A stretch of 64,000 bases of DNA from an uncultured Actinomycetota bacterium. Lineage in GTDB: Bacteria; Actinomycetota; Actinomycetes; Propionibacteriales; Nocardioidaceae. Both the position numbers and the translations under genes were made by a program. Position 1 is the stretch's first letter; each line of letters starts with the position of its first letter. Shown here one piece after another: positions 58,955 to 64,000 of the stretch. The notes beneath the pieces were generated by a model that saw only the letters and a list, made by a program, of their open reading frames with translations, had not been told where the DNA came from and searched no databases. The stretch lies in the NCBI GenBank assembly GCA_963779635.1, contig CAVZZC010000013.1, positions 107,874 to 171,873 on the forward strand. The letters run 5' to 3'.

Positions 58955-60331
58955 ATGTCCTCACACCGCGAAGCACCGGAGATCTCCAAGGACCCGGTCG
59001 CCGACAGCACCGACGTGTACGCCTTCGTCAGCCCGGTCGACCCCGACATGGTTGTCCTGATCGCGAACTTCATCCCGCTGCAGAAGCCCGACGGTGGGCC
59101 GAACTTCTACGAGTTCGGTGACGACGTCCGCTACGAGATCCATGTGTCCAACACCAACCGCGCCGAGTCGAACGTCAGCTATCAGTTCAGGTTCACGACC
59201 CGGGTCCGCAACCCTCAGTCCTTCCTCTACAACACCGGGCCCATCAACGACATCGGCGACGAGACCTGGAACCGCCCGCAGTTCTACTCCGTGACCCGCG
59301 TGATCAACGGCAAGTCGCGGGTGCTGGCGCGCAACCTGCCCTGCCCCCCGGTCAACGTCGGGGTCCGCAGCACTCCCGACTATGCCGCGCTGGGGGACCA
59401 GGCGGTGCACACGGTCGGCTCGCGCAAGGTTTTCGCCGGCCAGCGGGCGGACGCCTTCCACGTCGACCTCGGCAGCATCTTCGACCTCGGCGCGCTGCGT
59501 CCGTTCAACGAGGCGCACCTGATCTCGATGCCCGCCATGGGCGGCGTGAACGCCGTGCAGTCCTACAACGTCCACACCATCGCGCTGCAGGTACCTGCCC
59601 GGGAGCTGACCAGGGACGGTCGGGCACCCTCTGCCACCCCCGACCGCAGGTCGACGATCGGCGTGTGGGCCACGGCCAGCCGGAAGAAGGGCCGGGTCTT
59701 CGACGCGAAGCAGGGCAAGTTCGTCGGTCGCGGACCCTGGGTTCAGGTTTCCCGGTTGGGCAACCCGCTGTTCAACGAGGTCATCGTCCCGATGGGTCAG
59801 AAGGACCGGTGGAACTCCAGGGAGCCCAACCGCGACGACCGGTTCGAGAAGTTCGTCAACCGGCCCGAGCTGGGCAAGCTGCTGCCGGCGCTCTACCCGG
59901 GGGTCTTTCCGAAGCTGGACGCCTACAAGAAGCCCCGGGCCGACCTGAACGCGATCCTGCTCACCGGCATCCCGCCGGGTGTCGTTGCCGGGTTCACCAA
60001 CTACACCGGCCCGGTGAAGGCCGACATGCTCCGGCTCAACCTGGCGGTGCCGCCTGCCGAGGAGCCGCACCCGCTCGGCCTCGTGGCCGGAGACCCTGCC
60101 GGGTTCCCCAACGGCCGAAGGATCTCGGACGACGTGGTGACGATCGAGCTCCGTGCGATCGCGGGGCTGACCATCCCCCTGGTCGACCCCTCGTTCACCC
60201 CGGACGACGCTGCCAGCGCCGTGGAGGACGGCACGAGCAACACCAACGCCGACCTGCTCAACGTCTTCCCGTTCCTCGGGCTGCCCGGCGGCGGCTACCA
60301 AACGCAGCCCGGCACCACCCAAGCGTCATGA
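58955..60331 (+). CDS. DUF4331 protein
   Basis: MSSHREAP..D.TD.YAF, FAGQRADAF, QVSRLGNP, GFPNGRR..DDV. Confidence 0.85.
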   Translation: MSSHREAPEISKDPVADSTDVYAFVSPVDPDMVVLIANFIPLQKPDGGPNFYEFGDDVRYEIHVSNTNRAESNVSYQFRFTTRVRNPQSFLYNTGPINDIGDETWNRPQFYSVTRVINGKSRVLARNLPCPPVNVGVRSTPDYAALGDQAVHTVGSRKVFAGQRADAFHVDLGSIFDLGALRPFNEAHLISMPAMGGVNAVQSYNVHTIALQVPARELTRDGRAPSATPDRRSTIGVWATASRKKGRVFDAKQGKFVGRGPWVQVSRLGNPLFNEVIVPMGQKDRWNSREPNRDDRFEKFVNRPELGKLLPALYPGVFPKLDAYKKPRADLNAILLTGIPPGVVAGFTNYTGPVKADMLRLNLAVPPAEEPHPLGLVAGDPAGFPNGRRISDDVVTIELRAIAGLTIPLVDPSFTPDDAASAVEDGTSNTNADLLNVFPFLGLPGGGYQTQPGTTQAS

Positions 60332-60651
60332 GCGCGCACGAGGAGAACGCGCACGCCGGACAGGGATCGGTGCTGCTCGACATCGGCGGCGACATCGGGG
60401 CGCTGATCGTCACCATGCCCTCGAGCCGGGTCGGCGACGAGGTCGAGATCGCTGCTCCGGGAGACCGGGCTGCGCACCGACAGCACGTCGCCGTGGTCCG
60501 GCGCCCCGTGTTCGGAGACGAGGTGGCGTCACTGGTGTTCCCCGAGCTGGTGGGCGGCTCCTACGACCTCTACGAGAAGGGGGACGCCCGCGCGGTGCTG
60601 CGCGTCGAGGTCCGGGGCGGACGAGTCACCACGGCCGACTGGCCCGACTGA
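60328..60651 (+). CDS. Hypothetical protein
   Basis: ATGA coupling; GSVLLDIGGDIGALIV. Confidence 0.7.
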   Translation: MSAHEENAHAGQGSVLLDIGGDIGALIVTMPSSRVGDEVEIAAPGDRAAHRQHVAVVRRPVFGDEVASLVFPELVGGSYDLYEKGDARAVLRVEVRGGRVTTADWPD

Positions 60652-60691
60652 CGCAGTGCGGGGCGTCGCGCTGCGCGAGAATGGGCCGGTC

Positions 60692-60765
60692 GCCCCCGTA
60701 TCCCAACCGGCAGAGGAAGTCGCCTTAAAAGCGATTCAGTGTGGGTTCGACCCCCACCGGGGGCA
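60692..60765 (+). tRNA. tRNA-Leu(UAA), short variable arm
   Basis: GCCCCCG/CGGGGGC acceptor, discriminator A; GTCGC-CTTAAAA-GCGAT; GTGGG-TTCGACC-CCCAC. Confidence 0.92.
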
Positions 60766-60766
60766 C

Positions 60767-61417
60767 ATGACACACGAGCACGGACACGAGTACGACCTCG
60801 ACACGATGTACACCCAGGAGACCTGGGACGCCCGCTACGCCGAGTCCGAACGGATCTGGAGCGGCCGGCCCAACCAGCGCCTGGTGGACGAGGTCGCTGA
60901 CCTCACGCCCGGGCGGGCGCTCGACGTCGGCTGCGGCGAGGGCGCCGACGCCGTCTGGCTGGCCGGTCGCGGCTGGCGGGTCACCGCGCTCGACGTATCC
61001 GAGGTGGCGCTGGGACGGGTCCGCGCGCACGCGCTCGAGGCCGGCGTCGGCGACCTGGTCGAGACCCTGCAGCACGACCTGGTCGCCGGCGGGCCGGCGC
61101 CCGGCCGCTACGACCTGGTGTCGGCCTTCTTCTTCCAGCCGCCGCCGTTGCTGTTCGAGGACTTCTACCGGGGCCTGGCCGACCTGGTCGACCCCGGCGG
61201 ATCTCTGCTGGTGGTGGGGCACCACCCCGACGACGTCGCCACCGGCGTACGCAAGTCCCATGGGCCCCAGCTGATGTTCACGCCCGAGCAGGTCGTCGGG
61301 GTGCTGGATCCGGACGCGTGGGACGTGGTCACGGAGGCATCCCCGACGCGTGAGCAGGTCCTTCCGGATGGCCCGGCGACCGTGCGGGACACCCTCGTAC
61401 GGGCCGTCAAAAACTGA
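60767..61417 (+). CDS. Class I SAM methyltransferase
   Basis: WDARY, ALDVGCGEGADAVWLA, YDLVSAFF. Confidence 0.88.
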   Translation: MTHEHGHEYDLDTMYTQETWDARYAESERIWSGRPNQRLVDEVADLTPGRALDVGCGEGADAVWLAGRGWRVTALDVSEVALGRVRAHALEAGVGDLVETLQHDLVAGGPAPGRYDLVSAFFFQPPPLLFEDFYRGLADLVDPGGSLLVVGHHPDDVATGVRKSHGPQLMFTPEQVVGVLDPDAWDVVTEASPTREQVLPDGPATVRDTLVRAVKN

Positions 61418-61562
61418 CCGAAAGTACCGAGCTTTTTACAGTTTCCCGTTTTTCCTGCGCGCCGCGCGGAGCTCGTGAAATGGTCCGGCAGTCCACCCAG
61501 AGGGACCCGAGCTGTTCGGCTCGCGGCAGGGGTGGCGATTCACATCCAATGGAGGGAAACAC

Positions 61563-62171
61563 ATGGGATTCAAGCGCGTCCTGAACAGCCGCATCGCGGC
61601 CGTCGGAGCCGGTGCGGCAGTGCTGGCAGTGCTCGCGGGAGGCGTCGGCTACGCCGCCGGCGAGATCACCTCGAACGACATCCAGGACAACACCATCCGC
61701 AGCGCTGACGTCAAGGACGAGTCGCTGAAGATGAAGGACCTCGCCAACGGAGTCCACAACCAGCTGAAGGGTGAGCAGGGACCGGCCGGCCAGCCCGGTG
61801 CGGACGGCGAGGACGGCGCGGACGCGATGTTCGGTGCGGTCTACCGGGTCGCGAAGTACTCCAACGGCGGCGGCGGCCGAGCCACCGTGGCCTGCGCCGA
61901 CACCGACGCGGCCTCGCAGGGCTTCACCGCGATCGCCGGTGGGGCTCGGGTCGAGGTGCCGGGCTCCGGTACCGACACCGAGGACATCACTTCCTCGTTC
62001 CCGGGCCGGATGGACTGGGACACCAACCTGCCGAAGCCGAACCGGCTCGACGGCTGGGTCGTCTACTTCGGTGACGGTGCCGCCCCGAACGCGGACGCGG
62101 GGAACGTGCTGGAGGTCTGGGCGCTCTGTGTCCCGACCACCAACATCCCGGTGCAGTCCAGCACCTACTGA
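61563..62171 (+). CDS. Secreted hypothetical protein with short collagen-like segment
   Basis: Signal peptide; ITSNDIQDNTIRSADVKDESL; GEQGPAGQPGADGEDGAD; RBS GGAGG. Confidence 0.7.
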   Translation: MGFKRVLNSRIAAVGAGAAVLAVLAGGVGYAAGEITSNDIQDNTIRSADVKDESLKMKDLANGVHNQLKGEQGPAGQPGADGEDGADAMFGAVYRVAKYSNGGGGRATVACADTDAASQGFTAIAGGARVEVPGSGTDTEDITSSFPGRMDWDTNLPKPNRLDGWVVYFGDGAAPNADAGNVLEVWALCVPTTNIPVQSSTY

Positions 62172-62174
62172 GCT

Positions 62175-62199
62175 CGGGGTCGGTGCGGCACCGACCCCG
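62175..62199 (+). terminator. Intrinsic hairpin
   Basis: CGGGGTCGGTG-CGG-CACCGACCCCG, 3 nt after the stop codon. Confidence 0.65.
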
Positions 62200-62275
62200 A
62201 ACCCAACGTGGCGCTCCGCGACTCCGGTCGCGGGGCGCCACGTGCCGATTTCGGACCCGGATCGTTGGGTCTGTC

Positions 62276-63733
62276 GTGCGTAGATGGGTTGCCGCCGTGA
62301 CGGCCGGCTTGGTGCTGGCCACCGGGATAGCAACCTCCGCGGGCGCGGACCCGTCCGCCTCACCGCAGCTCCACCGGGAGGGCCGCTGGCTGGTCGACCA
62401 GCACGGCCGGGTGGTGATCATCCACGGGCTGAACCTGGTCTACAAGCGGAAGCCCTACGTGCCGCCGAACTCGGTCACCGGGTTCCAGGCGCGCGACGCC
62501 CGCTGGCTGCGCCGGCACGGCTTCAACGGCGCCCGGGTCGGGACCCTCTGGGCCGGCCTCACCCCCGACCGGCCCGGCAAGGCCGACCCGTCCTACCTGC
62601 GCAAGTGGCAACGGGTGATGGACCTGCTGGCCGAGCAGAAGATCTGGATGCAGCTGGACGCCCACCAGGACCAGTGGCACGAGACGTACGGCGGCGAGGG
62701 TGTCCCGGACTGGGCGATGCGCCGGCCGGCGCCGTACAACCTGCTGCCGGTGGTCACCGCGCCGTTCCCGCTGGGCTACTGGACGCCGGAGACGTCGACG
62801 GTCTTCGACGAGTTCTGGGCCAACAAGCACGGCCTGCTCGACGGGTGGGTCGCGGCCTGGCGGGTGGCCGCGCGGCGGTGGCAGCACCAGCCGTACCTGA
62901 TGGGCTACGACCTGATCAACGAGCCGTGGATGGGCCTCGAGTGGCCGGCCTGCCTCACCAACGGCTGCCGCGGTTCCTACCGCCGGGAGCTGCAGCCCGC
63001 CCTCGAGCGGGCTACGAGGGCGATCCGCCGGATCGACCGCCGCAACATCGTCTGGTGGGAGCCGCAGCAGTTCGCCGGCGGCCAGCGGGTCGACACCTTC
63101 TTCACCGCGCCGAAGCGGGAGCCGCAGCTCGGGCTCTCGTGGCACAGCTACTGCCCCGAGGTGTTCTACGAGTCCCAGGGGCTGCCGATCGGCAACGTCG
63201 AGAAGTGCTGGTCGTTCGCACGCGACCGACAGGAGCACGCCTTGGGGCAGTCCCGGCGGATGCGGGCGGTTCCGATGATGAGCGAGTGGGGCGCTACCGA
63301 CAACACTCGGGCACTGCAGATCGACGCCGCGGTCGCCGACGAGCACCTGATGGGCTGGACGCACTGGGCCTACAAGTTCTGGCGCGACCCGACCACCGCC
63401 GACAACGCCCAGGGGCTGTTCCGCGACGACCGCCGGCTCTCGACGGTGAAGCGGGGCAAGGTCCGCATGCTCGTGCGGACCTACGCCCAGGTGACCGCCG
63501 GCACGCCGTTGCAGATGCGCTTCGACACCGAGACCGGCGCGTTCCGCTACCGCTACCGCCCCGACCGCAGGATCCACGAGCCCACCGAGGTCTTCGTGAG
63601 CCCGCTGCACTACCCGCGAGGCTGGCGGGTGCAGGTCGAGAACGGCACCGCCGAGCGGCAGGGCGGAAGCCGGCTCCTGGTGACGCCCGACTCGGACCGC
63701 GTCGTCACCGTGCGGGTGCTGCGGCGCCGCTGA
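62276..63733 (+). CDS. GH5 endoglycoceramidase-like glycosidase (secreted)
   Basis: HGLNLVYK, LDAHQD, GYDLINEP, MSEWGA, C-terminal beta-sandwich; start GTG 62276 approximate. Confidence 0.85.
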   Translation: MRRWVAAVTAGLVLATGIATSAGADPSASPQLHREGRWLVDQHGRVVIIHGLNLVYKRKPYVPPNSVTGFQARDARWLRRHGFNGARVGTLWAGLTPDRPGKADPSYLRKWQRVMDLLAEQKIWMQLDAHQDQWHETYGGEGVPDWAMRRPAPYNLLPVVTAPFPLGYWTPETSTVFDEFWANKHGLLDGWVAAWRVAARRWQHQPYLMGYDLINEPWMGLEWPACLTNGCRGSYRRELQPALERATRAIRRIDRRNIVWWEPQQFAGGQRVDTFFTAPKREPQLGLSWHSYCPEVFYESQGLPIGNVEKCWSFARDRQEHALGQSRRMRAVPMMSEWGATDNTRALQIDAAVADEHLMGWTHWAYKFWRDPTTADNAQGLFRDDRRLSTVKRGKVRMLVRTYAQVTAGTPLQMRFDTETGAFRYRYRPDRRIHEPTEVFVSPLHYPRGWRVQVENGTAERQGGSRLLVTPDSDRVVTVRVLRRR

Positions 63734-63739
63734 CGAGCG

Positions 63740-64000
63740 CTACTTCGACCAGATCCCGATCTCCTTGCCGAGCTCGTCGGCAAGGGACTCGGAGTAGATC
63801 GTGGTGAGGTGCCCGCGGTCGCGGTAGGGGAGCACGTCGCCGATGACCACCGGGCAGCGGTTCTCCCAGCACACCCACTTGGTCGGGTTGACGTAGTCGG
63901 TGCCGGTGGCCTCGGCCACCTCGACCGAGAGGTCGGAGTCGTGCTCCTGGGGCTCGATCGGGGTGAACATGCAGTCGCCGAGGTCGGGTGAGCCGGTCGT
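63740..64000 (-). CDS. C-terminal end of an SGNH-domain protein (probably acyltransferase-3/SGNH fusion), truncated by the window edge
   Basis: CWENRCPVVIGDVLPYRDRGHLT (DxxH). Confidence 0.65.
   Translation of the reverse strand, partial: TTGSPDLGDCMFTPIEPQEHDSDLSVEVAEATGTDYVNPTKWVCWENRCPVVIGDVLPYRDRGHLTTIYSESLADELGKEIGIWSK

Noticed and set aside
61418-61562. Riboswitch in the leader of the 61563 gene
   Set aside because: Nested stems are present (CCACCC/GGGTGG, CGAGC/GCTCG), but I recognise no SAM-IV, c-di-AMP or other aptamer core; an Infernal search would be needed.

Overview
High-GC actinobacterial chromosome segment, most likely Nocardioides-like (inferred from gene content and style). 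It follows the conserved actinobacterial backbone: desaturase pair, tRNA-Gln, glmU, prs, rplY, pth, lpqU-like, mfd, mazG, eno, divIC, DUF501, tRNA-Leu. Several accessory blocks interrupt it. (1) A ~16.4 kb surface-glycan locus (3952-20336) lies between a Prim-Pol gene and ligC, and almost every function in it occurs twice. It has two mirror-image sulfotransferase/methyltransferase/GT61 arms around a 32-bp back-to-back leaderless promoter, a third GT61, two tandem sulfotransferases, and two [unknown accessory protein + GT4-Stealth fusion] modules, one of them frameshifted. (2) An HNH/DUF222 + TetR/GNAT cassette sits just 3' of an atypical tRNA-Gln(UUG). (3) There is an orphan EspC-like/EspA-like (YxxxD + WxG) type VII substrate pair. 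(4) A GntR-ferredoxin-ABC-flavoprotein(HEAT) operon resembles Asf/AprAB, and its binding protein has a NosL-like tail. (5) A Tat peptide-DUF4331 operon and a neighbouring secreted-protein gene share a SigK-like promoter motif. Two single-base (+1) frameshifts, many leaderless genes and a probable CTG start (udgB) were found by reading the DNA. All family calls come from motif recognition; no searches were run.
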